Position numbers and translations under genes: made by a program. A stretch of DNA of 64,000 nt, taken from contig OZ024743.1 in NCBI GenBank assembly GCA_964016885.1, forward strand, positions 48,794,001-48,858,000, read 5' to 3'. Below are positions 26,741 to 40,800 of this stretch, piece after piece (within the stretch, counting starts at the first letter, position 1; every line of letters starts with the position of its first letter). Origin of the DNA: Eledone cirrhosa. Its lineage: Eukaryota. The notes beneath the pieces are model-generated. The model ran no database searches. It saw nothing but the letters and a program-made list of their open reading frames with translations, and had not been told where the DNA came from.

Positions 26741-28699
26741 CCCCAACTAAGACAACAGTAGTTCTGTGTGTTGTGTTCAACATGGCATTGTCCCCCAACT
26801 AAGACAACAGTAGTTCAATGTGTTGTGTTCAACATGGCATTGTCCCCCAACTAAGACAACAGTAGATCTGTGTGTTGTGTTCAACATGGCATTGTCCACC
26901 AACTAAGACAACAGTAGTTCTGTGTTTTGTGTTCAACATGGCATTGTCCCCCAAATAAGACAACAGTAGTTCTGTGTGTTGTGTTCAACATGGCATTGTC
27001 CCCCAACTAAAACAACAGCAGCTCTATGTGTTGTGTTCAACATGGCATTGTCCCCCAACTAAGACAACAGTAGTTCTGTGTGTTGTGTTCAACATGGCAT
27101 TGTCCCCCAACTAAGACAACAGTAGTTCTGTGTGTTGTGTTCAACATGGCATTGTCCCCCAACTAAGACAACAGTAGTTCTGTGTGTTGTGTTCAACATG
27201 GCATTGTCCCCAACTAAGACAACAGTAGCTCTGTGTGTCGTGTTCAACATGGCATTGTCCCCCAACTAAGACAACAGTAGTTCTGTCTGTCGTGTTCAAC
27301 ATGGCATTGTCCCCCAACTAAGACAACATTAGTTCTGTGTGTTGTGTTCAACATGGCATTGTCCCCTAAGTAAGACAACAGTAGTTCTGTCTGTTGTGTT
27401 CAACATGGCATTGTCCCCAAACTAAGACAACAGTAGTTCTGTGTGTTGTGTTCAACATGGCATTGTCACCCAACTAAGACAACAGTAGTTCTGTGCGTTG
27501 TGTTCAACATGGCATTGTCCCCAACTAAGACAACAGTAGCTCTGTGTGTCGTGTTCAACATGGCATTGTCCCCCAACTAAGACAACAGTAGTTCTGTCTG
27601 TCGTGTTCAACATGGCATTGTCCCCCAACTAAGACAACATTAGTTCTGTGTGTTGTGTTCAACATGGCATTGTCCCCCACCTAAGACAACAGTAGTTCTA
27701 TGTGTTGTGTTCAACATGGCATTGTCCCCCAACTAAGACAACAGTAGCTCTGTGAGTTGTGTTCAACATGGGATTGTCCCCAACTAAGATAGCAGTAGTT
27801 CTACGTGTTGTGTTCAACATTGCATTGTCCCCAACTAAGACAACAGTAGTTCTGTCTGTTGTGTTCAACATGGCATTGTCCCCCAACTAAGACAACAGTA
27901 GTTCTGTCTGTCGTGTTCAACATGCCATTGTCCCCCAACTAAGACAACATTAGTTCTGTGTGTTGTGTTCAACATGGCATTGTCCCCTAAGTAAGACAAC
28001 AGTAGTTCTGTCTGTTGTGTTCAACATGGCATTGTCCCCCAACTAAGACAACAGTAGTTCTGTGTGTCGTGTTCAACATGGCATTGTCCCCCAACTAAGA
28101 CAACAGTAGTTCTGTGTGTTGTGTTCAACATGGCATTGTCCCCCAAATAAGACAACAGTAGTTCTGTGTGTTGTGTTCAACATGGCATTGTCCCCCAACT
28201 AAGACAACAGTAGCTCTGTGTGTTGTGTTCAACATGGCATTGTCCCCAACTAAGACAACAGTAGTTCTGTGTGTTGTGTCCTACATTGCATTGTCCCCCA
28301 ACTAAGACAACAGTAGCTCTGTGTGTTGTGTTGAACATGGCATTGCGCCCAACTAAGACAACAGTAGTTATATGTGTTGTGTTCAACATGGCATTGTCCC
28401 CCAACTCAGACAACAGTAGCTCTCTGTCTTGTGTTCAACATGGCATTGTCCCCCAACTAAGACAACAGTAGTTCAATGTATTGTGTTCAACATGGCATTG
28501 TCCCCCAACTAAGACAACAGTAGTTCTGTGTGTTGTGTTCAACATGGCATTGTCCACCAACTAAGACAACAGTAGTTCTGTGTGTTGTGTTCAACATGGC
28601 ATTGTCCCCCAAATAAGACAACAGTAGTTCTGTGTGTTGTGTTCAACATGGCATTGTCCCCCAACTAAAACAACAGCAGCTCTATGTGTTGTGTTCAAC

Positions 28700-31500
28700 A
28701 TGGCATTGTCCCCCAACTAAGACAACAGTAGCTCTGTGTGTTATGTTCAACATGGCATTGTCCCCAACTAAGACAACAGTAGTTCTGTGTGTTGTGTTCT
28801 ACATGGCATTGTCCCCCAACTAAGACAACAGTAGCTCTGTGTGTTGTGTTCAACATGGCATTGTCCCCCAACTAAGACAACAGTAGTTCTATGTGTGGTG
28901 TTCAACATGGCATTGTCCCCAACTAAGACAACAGTAGCTCTGTGTGTTGTGTTCAACATGGCATTGTCCCCAACTAAGACAACAGTAGTTCTGTGTGTTG
29001 TGTTCAACATGGCATTGTCCCCCAACTAAGACAACAGTAGTTCTGTGTGTTGTGTTCAACATGGCATTGTCCCCCAACTAAGACAACAGTAGTTCTGTGT
29101 GTTGTGTTCAACATGGCATTGTCCCCAACTAAGACAACAGTAGCTCTGTGTGTCGTGTTCAACATGGCATTGTCCCCCAACTAAGACAACAGTAGTTCTG
29201 TCTGTCGTGTTCACCATGGCATTGTCCCCCAACTAAGACAACATTAGTTCTGTGTGTTGTGTTCAACATGGCATTGTCCCCTAAGTAAGACAACAGTAGT
29301 TCTGTCTGTTGTGTTCAACATGGCATTGTCCCCAAACTAAGACAACAGTAGTTCTGTGTGTTGTGTTCAACATGGCATTGTCCCCCAACTAAGACAACAG
29401 TAGTTCTGTGCGTTGTGTTCAACATGGCATTGTCCCCAACTAAGACAACAGTAGCTCTGTGTGTCGTGTTCAACATGGCATTGTCCCCCAACTAAGACAA
29501 CAGTAGTTCTGTCTGTCGTGTTCAACATGGCATTGTCCCCCAACTAAGACAACATTAGTTCTGTGTGTTGTGTTCAACATGGCATTGTCCCCCACCTAAG
29601 ACAACAGTAGTTCTATGTGTTGTGTTCAACATGGCATTGTCCCCCAACTAAGACAACAGTAGCTCTGTGAGTTGTGTTCAACATGGGATTGTCCCCAACT
29701 AAGATAACAGTAGTTCTACGTGTTGTGTTCAACATTGCATTGTCCCCAACTAAGACAACAGTAGTTCTGTGTGTTGTGTTCTACATGGCATTGTCCCCCA
29801 ACTAAGACAACAGTAGCTCTGTGTGTTGTGTTCAACATGGCATTGAGCCCCAACTAAGACAACAGTAGTTCTGTGTGTTGTGTTCAACATGGCATTGTCC
29901 CCCAACTAAGACAACAGTAGTTCTGTGTGTTGTGTTCAACCTGGCATTGTCCCCCAACTAAGACAACAGTAGTTCTGTGTGTCGTGTTCAACATGGCATT
30001 GTCCCCCAACTAAGACAACAGTAGTTCTGTGTGTTGTGTTCAACATGGCATTGTCCCCCAACTAAGACAACAGTAGCTCTGTGTGTTATGTTCAACATGG
30101 CATTGTCCCCAACTAAGACAACAGTAGTTCTGTGTGTTGTGTTCTACATGGCATTGTCCCCCAACTAAGACAACAGTAGCTCTGTGTGTTGTGTTCAACA
30201 TGGCATTGTCCCCCAACTAAGACAACAGTAGTTCTATGTGTGGTGTTCAACATGGCATTGTCCCCAACTAAGACAACAGTAGCTCTGTGTGTTGTGTTCA
30301 ACATGGCATTGTCCCCAACTAAGACAACAGTAGTTCTGTGTGTTGTGTTCAACATGGCATTGTCCCCCAACTAAGACAACAGTAGTTCTGTGTGTTGTGT
30401 TCAACATGGCATTGTCCCCCAACTAAGACAACAGTAGTTCTGTGTGTTGTGTTCAACATGACATTGTCCCCAACTAAGACAACAGTAGCTCTGTGTGTCG
30501 TGTTCAACATGGCATTGTCCCCCAACTAAGACAACAGTAGTTCTGTCTGTCGTGTTCAACATGGCATTGTCCCCCAACTAAGACAACATTAGTTCTGTGT
30601 GTTGTGTTCAACATGGCATTGTCCCCTAAGTAAGACAACAGTAGTTCTGTCTGTTGTGTTCAACATGGCATTGTCCCCAAACTAAGACAACAGTAGTTCT
30701 GTGTGTTGTGTTCAACATGGCATTGTCCCCCAACTAAGACAAGAGTAGTTCTGTGCGTTGTGTTCAACATGGCATTGTCCCCAACTAAGACAACAGTAGC
30801 TCTGTGTGTCGTGTTCAACATGGCATTGTCCCCCAACTAAGACAACAGTAGTTCTGTCTGTCGTGTTCAACATGGCATTGTCCCCCAACTAAGACAACAT
30901 TAGTTCTGTGTGTTGTGTTCAACATGGCATTGTCCCCCACCTAAGACAACAGTAGTTCTATGTGTTGTGTTCAACATGGCATTGTCCCCCAACTAAGACA
31001 ACAGTAGCTCTGTGAGTTGTGTTCAACATGGGATTGTCCCCAACTAAGATAACAGTAGTTCTACGTGTTGTGTTCAACATTGCATTGTCCCCAACTAAGA
31101 CAACAGTAGTTCTGTGTGTTGTGTTCTACATGGCATTGTCCCCCAACTAAGACAACAGTAGCTCTGTGTGTTGTGTTCAACATGGCATTGTCCCCCAACT
31201 AAGACAACAGTAGTTCTATGTGTTGTGTTCAACATGGCATTGTCCCCAACTAAGACAACAGTAGCTCTGTGTGTTGTGTTCAACATGGCATTGAGCCCCA
31301 ACTAAGACAACAGTAGTTCTGTGTGTTGTGTTCAACATGGCATTGTCCCCCAACTAAGACAACAGTAGTTCTGTGTGTTGTGTTCAACATGGCATTGTCC
31401 CCCAACTAAGACAACAGTAGTTCTGTGTGTCGTGTTCAACATGGCATTGTCCCCCAACTAAGACAACAGTAGTTCTGTGTGTTGTGTTCAACATGGCATT
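28700..31500. repeat. 1,345-bp (~26-monomer) tandem HOR pair, offset growing to 1,448 bp distally
   Basis: ORF pairs 28768/30113 and 28889/30234 are offset 1,345. The private marker cattgagccc lies at ~29845/31293 (1,448 = two extra monomers). Confidence 0.82.
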
Positions 31501-34500
31501 GTCCCACAACTAAGACAACAGTAGCTCTGTGTGTTGTGTTCAACATGGCATTGTCCCCCACCTAAGACAACAGTAGTTCTATGTGTTGTGTTCAACATGG
31601 CATTGTCCCCCAACTAAGACAACAGTAGCTCTGTGAGTTGTGTTCAACATGGGATTGTCCCCAACTAAGATAACAGTAGTTCTACGTGTTGTGTTCAACA
31701 TGGCATTGTCCCCAACTAAGACAAAAGTAGCTCTGTGTGTTGTGTTCAACATGGCATTGTCCCCCAACTAAGACAACAGTAGTTCTATGTGTTGTGTTCA
31801 ACATGGCATTGTCCCCCAACTAAGACAACAGTAGTTCTGTGTGTTGTGTTCAACATGGCATTGTCCCCTAACTAAGACAACAGTAGTTCTGTCTGTTGTG
31901 TTCAACATGGCATTGTCCCCCAACTAAGACAACAGTAGTTCTGTCTGTCGTGTTCAACATGGCATTGTCTCCCAACTAAGACAACAGTAGTTCTGTGTGT
32001 TGTCTTCAACATGGCATTGTCCCCCAACTAAGACAACAGTAGTTCTGTGTGTTGTGTTCAACATGGCATTGTCCCCAACTAAGACAACAGTAGCTCTGTA
32101 TGTTGTGTTCAACATGGCATTGTCCCCAACTAAGACAACAGTAGCTCTGTGTGTTGTGTTCAACATGGCATTGTCCCCTAACTAAGACAACGGTAGTACT
32201 GTCTGTTGTGTTCAACATGGCATTGTCCCCCAACTAAGACAACAGTAGTTCTGTCTGTCGTGTTCAATATGGCATTGTCCCCCAACTAAGACAACATTAG
32301 TTCTGTGTGTTGTGTTCAACATGGCATTGTCCCCTAAGTAAGACAACAGTAGTTCTGTCTGTTGTGTTCAACATGGCATTGTCCCCCAACTAAGACAACA
32401 GTAGTTCTGTGTGTTGTGTTAAACATGGCATTGTCCCCCAACTAAGACAACAGTTGTTCTGTGTGTTGTGTTCAATATGGCATTGTCCCCCAACTAAGAC
32501 AACAGTAGCTCTGTGTGTTGTGTTCAACATGGCATTGTCCCCCAACTAAGACAACAGTAGTTCTGTGTGTTGTGTTCAACATGGCATTGTCCCCCAACTA
32601 AGACAACAGTAGTTCTATGTGTTGTGTTCAACATGGCATTGTCCCCCAACTAAGACAACAGTAGCTCTGTGTATTGTGTTCAACATGGCATTGTCCCCCA
32701 ACTAAGACAACAGTAGTTCTGCGTGTTGTGTTGAACATGGCATTGTCCACCAACTAAGACAACAGTAGTTCTGTGTGTTGTGTTCAACATGGCATTGTCC
32801 CCCAACTAAGACAACAGTAGTTCTATGTGTTATGTTCAACATGGCATTGTCCCCAATTAAGACAACAGTAGTTCTGTGTGTTGTGTTCAACATGGCATTG
32901 TCCCCAACTAAGACAACAGTAGCTCTGTGTGTTGTGTTCAACATGGCATTGTCCCCCAACTAAGACAACAGTAGCTCTGTGTTGTGTTGAACATGACATT
33001 GTCCCCAACTAAGACAACAGTAGCTCTGTGTGTTGTGTTCAACATGGCATTGTCCCCCAACTAAGATAACAGTAGTTCTATGTGTTGTGTTCAACATGGC
33101 ATTGTCCCACAACTAAGACAACAGTAGTTCTGTGTGTTGTGTTCAACATGGCATTGTACCCCAACTAAGACAACAGTAGCTCTGTGTGTTGTGTTCAACA
33201 TGGCATTGTCCCCAACTAAGACAACAGTAGCTCTGTGTGTTGCGTTCAACATGGCATTGTCCCCCAACTAAGACAACAGTAGTTCTGTGTGTTGTTTTCA
33301 ACATGGCATTGTCCCCCAACTAAGACAACAGTAGTTCTGTGTGTTGTGTTGAACATGGCATTGTCCCCAACTAAGACAACAGTAGCTCTGTGTGTTGTGT
33401 TGAACATGGCATTGTCCCCCAACTAAGACAACAGTAGTTCTGTGTGTTGTGTTCAACATGGCATTGTACCCCAACTAAGACAACAGTAGCTCTGTGTGTT
33501 GTGTTCAACATGGCATTGTCCGCAACTAAGACAACAGTAGTTCTATGTGTTGTGTCCAACATGGCATTGTCCCACAACTAAGACAACAGTAGCTCTGTGT
33601 GTTGTGTTCAACATGGCATTGTCCCCCAACTAAGACAACAGTAGTTCTATGTGTTGTATTCAACATGGCATTATCCCACAACTAAGACAACAGTAGCTCT
33701 GTGTGTTGTGTTCAACATGGCATTGTCCCCTAACTAAGACAACAGTAGTTCTATGTGTTGTGTTCAACATGGCATTGTCCCACAACTAAGACAACAGTAA
33801 CTCTGTGTGTTGTGTTCAACATGGCATTGTCCCCCAACTAAGACAACAGTAGTTCTGTGTGTTGTGTTCAACATGGCATTGTCCCCCAACTAAGACAACA
33901 GTAGCTCTGTGTGTTGTGTTGAACATGGCATTGTCCCCAACTAAGACAACAGTAGCTCTGTGTGTTGTGTTGAACATGGCATTGTCCCCCAACTAAGACA
34001 ACAGTAGTTCTATGTGTTGTGTTCAACATGGCATTGTCCCCCAACTCAGACAACAGTAGCTCTGTGTCTTGTGTTCAACATGGCATTGTCCCCCAACTAA
34101 GACAACAGTAGTTCAATGTGTTGTGTTCAACATGGCATTGTCCCCCAACTAAGACAACAGTAGTTCTGTGTGTTGTGTTCAACATGGCATTGTCCCCAAC
34201 TAAGACAACAGTAGTTCTGTGTGTTGTGTTCGACATGGCATTGTCCCCAACTAAGACAACAGTAGCTCTGTATGTTGTGTTCAACATGGCATTGTCTCCA
34301 ACTAAGACAACAGTAGCTCTGTGTGTTGTGTTCAACATGGCATTGTCCCCTAACTAAGACAACAGTAGTTCTGTCTGTTGTGTTCAACATGGCATTGTCC
34401 CCCAACTAAGACAACAGTAGTTCTGTGTGTTGTGTTCAACATGGCATTGTCCCCCAACTAAGACAACAGTAGTTCTGTGTGTCGTGTTCAACATGGCATT

Positions 34501-34809
34501 GTCCCCCAACTAAGACAACAGTAGTTCTGTGTGTTGTGTTCAACATGGCATTGTCCTCCAACTAAGACAACAGTGGCTCTGTGTGTTGTGTTCAACATGG
34601 CATTGTCCCCCAACTAAGACAACAGTAGCTCTGTGAGTTGTGTTCAACATGGCATTGTCCTCCAACTAAGACAACAGTAGCTCTGTGTGTTGTGTTCAAC
34701 ATGGCATTGTCCCCCAACTAAGACAACAGTAGTTCTGTGTGTTGTGTTGAACATGGCATTGTCCCCCAACTAAGACAACAGTAGCTCTGTGTGTTGTGTT
34801 GAACATGGC

Positions 34810-37800
34810 ATTGTCCCCAACTAAGTCAACAGTAGCTCTGTGTGTTGTGTTGAACATGGCATTGTCCCCCAACTAAGACAACAGTAGTTCTGTGTGTCGT
34901 GTTCTACATGGCATTGTCCCCCAACTAAGACAACAGTAGTTCTGTGTGTTGTGTTCAACATGGCATTGTCCCCCAACTAAGACAACAGTAGCTCTGTGTG
35001 TTGTGTTCAACATGGCATTGTCCCCCACCTAAGACAACAGTAGTTCTATGTGTTGTGTTCAACATGGCATTGCCCCCCAACTAAGACAACAGTAGCTCTG
35101 TGAGTTGTGTTCAACATGGGATTGTCCCCAACTAAGATAACAGTAGTTCTACGTGTTGTGTTCAACATGGCATTGTCCCCAACTAAGACAAAAGTAGCTC
35201 TGTGTGTTGTGTTCAACATGGCATTGTCCCCCAACTAAGACAACAGTAGTTCTGTGTGTCGTGTTCAACATGGCATTGTCTCCCAACTAAGACAACAGTA
35301 GTTCTGTGTGTTGTGTTCAACATGGCATTGTCCCCCAACTAAGACAACAGTAGTTCTGTGTGTTGTGTTCAACATGGCATTGTCCCCAACTAAGACAACA
35401 GTAGCTCTGTATGTTGTGTTCAACATGGCATTGTCCCCAACTAAGACAACAGTAGTTCTGTCTGTCGTGTTCAACATGGCATTGTCCCCCAACTAAGACA
35501 ACATTAGTTCTGTGTGTTGTGTTCAACATGGCATTGTCCCCTAAGTAAGGCAACAGTAGTTCTGTCTGTTGTGTTCAACATGGCATTGTCCCCCAACTAA
35601 GACAACAGTAGTTCTGTGTGTTGTGTTAAACATGGCATTGTCCCCCAACTAAGACAACAGTAGTTCTGTGTGTTGTGTTCAATATGGCATTGTCCCCCAA
35701 CTAAGACAACAGTAGCTCTGTGTGTTGTGTTCAACATGGCATTGTCCCCCAACTAAGACAACAGTAGTTCTGTGTGTTGTGTTCAACATGGCATTGTCCC
35801 CCAACTAAGACAACAGTAGTTCTATGTGTTGTGTTCAACATGGCATTGTCCCCCAACTAAGACAACAGTAGCTCTGTGTATTGTGTTCAACATGGCATTG
35901 TCCCCCAACTAAGACAACAGTAGTTCTGTGTGTTGTGTTGAACATGGCATTGTCCACCAACTAAGACAACAGTAGTTCTGTGTGTTGTGTTCAACATGGC
36001 ATTGTCCCCCAACTAAGACAACAGTAGTTCTATGTGTTATGTTCAACATGGCATTGTCCCCAATTAAGACAACAGTAGCACTGTGTGTTGTGTTCAACAT
36101 GGCATTGTCCCCCAACTAAGACAACAGTAGCACTGTGTGTTGTGTTCAACATGGCATTGTCCCCCAACTAAGACAACAGTAGCTCTGTGTGTTGTGTTGA
36201 ACATGACATTGTCCCCAACTAAGACAACAGTAGCTCTGTGTGTTGTGTTGAACATGGCATTGTCCCCCAACTAAGACAACATTAGTTCTGTGTGTTGTGT
36301 TCAACATGGCATTGTCCACCAACTCAGACAACAGTAACTATGTGTCTTTTGTTCAACATGGCATTGTCCCCCAACTAAGACAACAGTAGTTCAATGTGTT
36401 GTGTTCAACATGGCATTGTCCCCCAACTAAGACAACAGTAGTTCTGTGTGTTGTGTTCAACATGGCATTGTCCCCCAACTAAGACAACAGTAGTTCTGTG
36501 TGTTGTGTTCAACATGGCATTGTCCCCCAACTAAGACAACAGTAGCTCTGTGTGTTGTGTTCAACATGGCATTGTCCCCAACTAAGACAACAGTAGCTCT
36601 GTGTGTTGTGTTCAACATGGCATTGTCCCCAACTAAGACAACAGTAGTTCTGTGTGTTGTGTTCTACATGGCATTGTCCCCCAACTAAGACAACAGTAGC
36701 TCTGTGTGTTGTGTTCAACATGGCATTGTCCCCAACTAAGACAACAGTAGTTCTATATGTTGTGTTCAACATGGCATTGTCCCCAACTAAGACAACAGTA
36801 GCTCTGTGTGTTGTGTTCAACATGGCATTGTCCCCCAACTAAGACAACAGTAGCTCTGTGTGTTGTGTTCAACATGGCATTGTCCCCAACTAAGACAACA
36901 GTAGTTCTGTGTGTTGTGTTCAACATGGCATTGTACCCCAACTAAGACAACAGTAGCTCTGTGTGTTGTGTTCAACATGGCATTGTCCCCAACTAAGACA
37001 ACAATAGTTCTATGTGTTGTGTTCAACATGGCATTGTCCCACAACTACGACAACAGTAGCTCTGTGTGTTGTGTTCAACATGGCATTGTCCCCCAACTAA
37101 GACAACAGTAGCTCTGTGTGTTGTGTTGAACATGGCATTGTCCCCTAACTAAGACAACAGTAGTTCTGTGTGTTGTGTTGAACATGGCATTGTCCCCCAT
37201 CTAAGACAACAGTAGTTATATGTGTTGTGTTCAACATGGCATTGTCCCCCAACTCAGACAACAGTAGCTCTGTGTCTTGTGTTCAACATGGCATTGTCCC
37301 CCAACTAAGACAACAGTAGTTCAATGTGTTGTGTTCAACATGGCATTGTCCCCCAACTAAGACAACAGTAGTTCTGTGTGTTGTGTTCAACATGGCATTG
37401 TCCACCAACTAAGACAAAAGTAGTTCTGTGTGTTGTGTTCAACATGGCATTGTCCCCCAAATAAGACAACAGTAGTTCTGTGTGTTGTGTTCAACATGGC
37501 ATTGTCCCCCAACTAAGACAACAGTAGCTCTGTGTGTTGTGTTCAACATGGCATTGTCCCCAACTAAGACAACAGTAGTTCTGTGTGTTGTGTTCTACAT
37601 GGCATTGTCCCCCAACTAAGACAACAGTAGCTCTGTGTGTTGTGTTCAACATGGCATTGTCCCCCAACTAAGACAACAGTAGTTCTATGTGTTGTGTTCA
37701 ACATGGCATTGTCCCCAACTAAGACAACAGTAGTTCTGTGTGTTGTGTTCAACATGGCATTGTCCCCAACTAAGACAACAGTAGTTCTGTGTGTTGTGTT

Positions 37801-40800
37801 CAACATGGCATTGTCCCCCAACTAAGACAACAGTAGTTCTGTGTGTTGTGTTCAACATGGCATTGTCCCCCAACTAAGACAACAGTAGTTCTGTGTGTTG
37901 TGTTCAACATGGCATTGTTCCGCAACTAAGACAACAGTAGCTCTGTGTGTTGTGTTCAACATGGCATTGTCCCCCACCTAAGACAACAGTAGTTCTATGT
38001 GTTGTGTTCAACATGGCATTGTCCCCCAACTAAGACAACAGTAGCTCTGTGAGTTGTGTTCAACATGAGATTGTCCCCAACAAAGATAACAGTAGTTCTA
38101 CGTGTTGTGTTCAACATGGCATTGTCCCCAACTAAGACAACAGTAGCTCTGTGTGTTGTGTTCAACATGGCATTGTCCCCTAACTAAGACAACAGTAGTT
38201 CTGTCTGTTGTGTTCAACATGGCATTGTCCCCCAACTAAGACAACAGTAGTTCTGTCTGTCGTGTTCAACATGGCATTGTCCCCCAACTAAGACAACATT
38301 AGTTCTGTCTGTTGTGTTCAACATGGCATTGTCCCCTAAGTAAGACAACAGTAGTTCTGTCTGTTGTGTTCAACATGGCATTGTCACCCAACTAAGACAA
38401 CAGTAGTTCTGTGTGTCGTGTTCAACATGGCATTGTCCCCCAACTAAGACAACAGTAGTTCTGTGTGTTGTGTTCAACATGGCATTGTCCACCAACTAAG
38501 ACAACAGTAGTTCTGTGTATTGTGTTCAACATGGCATTGTCCCCCAAATAAGACAACAGTAGTTCTGTGTGTTGTGTTCAACATGGCATTGTCCCCAACT
38601 AAGACAACAGTAGTTCTGTGTGTTGTGTTCAACATGGCATTGTCCCCCAACTAAAACAACAGCAGCTCTGTGTGTTGTGTTCAACATGGCATTGTCCCCC
38701 AACTAAGACAACAGTAGCTCTGTGTGTTGTGTTCAACATGGCATTGTCCCCAACTAAGACAACAGTAGTTCTATATGTTGTGTTCAACATGGCATTGTCC
38801 CCCAACTAAGACAATAGTAGCTCTGTGTCTTGTGTTCAACATGGCATTGTCCCCCAACTAAGACAACAGTAGTTCTATGTGTTGTGTTCAACATGGCATT
38901 GTCCCCAACTAAGACAACAGTAGCTCTGTGTGTTGTGTTCAACATGGCATTGTCCCCAACTAAGACAACAGTAGTTCTGTGTGTCGTGTTCAACATGGCA
39001 TTGTCCCCCAACTAAGACAACAGTAGTTCTGTGTGTTGTGTTCAACATGGCATTGTCCCCCAACTAAGACAACAGTAGCTGTGTGTCTTGTGTTCAACAT
39101 GGCATTGTCCCCCAACTAAGACAACAGTAGTTCTGTGTGTTGTGTTAAACCTGGCGTTGTCCCCCAACTAAGACAACAGTAGTTCTGTGTGTTGTGTTCA
39201 ATATGGCATTGTCCCCCAACTAAGACAACAGTAGCTCTGTGTGTTGTGTTCAACATGGCATTGTCCCCCAACTAAGACAACAGTAGTTCTGTGTGTTGTG
39301 TTCAACATGGCATTGTCCCCCAACTAAGACAACAGTAGTTCTATGTGTTGTGTTCAACATGGCATTGTCCCCCAACTAAGACAACAGTAGCTCTGTGTAT
39401 TGTGTTCAACATGGCATTGTCCCCCAACTAAGACAACAGTAGTTCTGTGTGTTGTGTTGAACATGGCATTGTCCACCAACTAAGACAACAGTAGTTCTGT
39501 GTGTTGTGTTCAACATGGCATTGTCCCCAACTAAGACAACAGTAGTTCTGTGTGTTGTGTTCTACATGGCATTGTCCCCCAACTAAGACAACAGTAGCTC
39601 TGTGTGTTGTGTTCAACATGGCATTGTCCCCAACTAAGACAACAGTAGCTCTGTGTGTTGTGTTCAACATGGCATTGTCCCCCAACTAAGACAACAGTAG
39701 CTCTGTGTGTTGTGTTGAACATGACATTGTCCCCAACTAAGACAACAGTAGCTCTGTGTGTTGTGTTGAACATGGCATTGTCCCCCAACTAAGACAACAT
39801 TAGTTCTGTGTGTTGTGTTCAACATGGCATTGTCCCCCAACTCAGACAACAGTAACTCTGTGTCTTTTGTTCAACATGGCATTGTCCCCCAACTAAGACA
39901 ACAGTAGTTCAATGTGTTGTGTTCAACATGGCATTGTCCCCCAACTAAGACAACAGTAGTTCTGTGTGTTGTGTTCAACATGGCATTGTCCACCAACTAA
40001 GACAACAGTAGTTCTGTGTGTTGTGTTCAACATGGCATTGTCCCCCAACTAAGACAACAGTAGTTCTGTGTGTTGTGTTCAACATGGCATTGTCCCCCAA
40101 CTAAGACAACAGTAGTTCTGTGTGTTGTGTTCAACATGGCATTGTCCCCCAACTAAGACAACAGTAGCTCTGTGTGTTGTGTTCAACATGGCATTGTCCC
40201 CAACTAAGACAACAGTAGTTCTGTGTGTTGTGTTCAACATGGCATTGTACCCCAACTAAGACAACAGTAGCTCTGTGTGTTGTGTTCAACATGGCATTGT
40301 CCCCAACTAAGACAACAATAGTTCTATGTGTTGTGTTCAACATGGCATTGTCCCACAACTAAGACAACAGTAGCTCTGTGTGTTGTGTTCAACATGGCAT
40401 TGTCCCCAACTAAGTCAACAGTAGCTCTGTGTGTTGTGTTGAACATGGCATTGTCCCCCAACTAAGACAACAGTAGTTCTGTGTGTCGTGTTCTACATGG
40501 CATTGTCCCCCAACTAAGACAACAGTAGTTCTGTGTGTTGTGTTCAACATGGCATTGTCCCCCAACTAAGACAACAGTAGCTCTGTGTGTTGTGTTCAAC
40601 ATGGCATTGTCCCCCACCTAAGACAACAGTAGTTCTATGTGTTGTGTTCAACATGGCATTGTCCCCCAACTAAGACAACAGTAGCTCTGTGAGTTGTGTT
40701 CAACATGGGATTGTCCCCAACTAAGATAACAGTAGTTCTACGTGTTGTGTTCAACATGGCATTGTCCCCAACTAAGACAAAAGTAGCTCTGTGTGTTGTG

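Larger units (their letters stand above)
1835..28005. repeat. ~13.36-kb tandem duplication (copy 1 ~1835-15199, copy 2 ~15200-28005)
   Basis: Marker gttaaac lies at 1911/15276. ORF pairs 2482/15847, 3179/16544 and 4194/17559 are offset 13,365; 5563/18927 through 9322/22686 are offset 13,364; 10017/23329 through 12791/26103 are offset 13,312 (one monomer lost near 23212). Confidence 0.92.
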
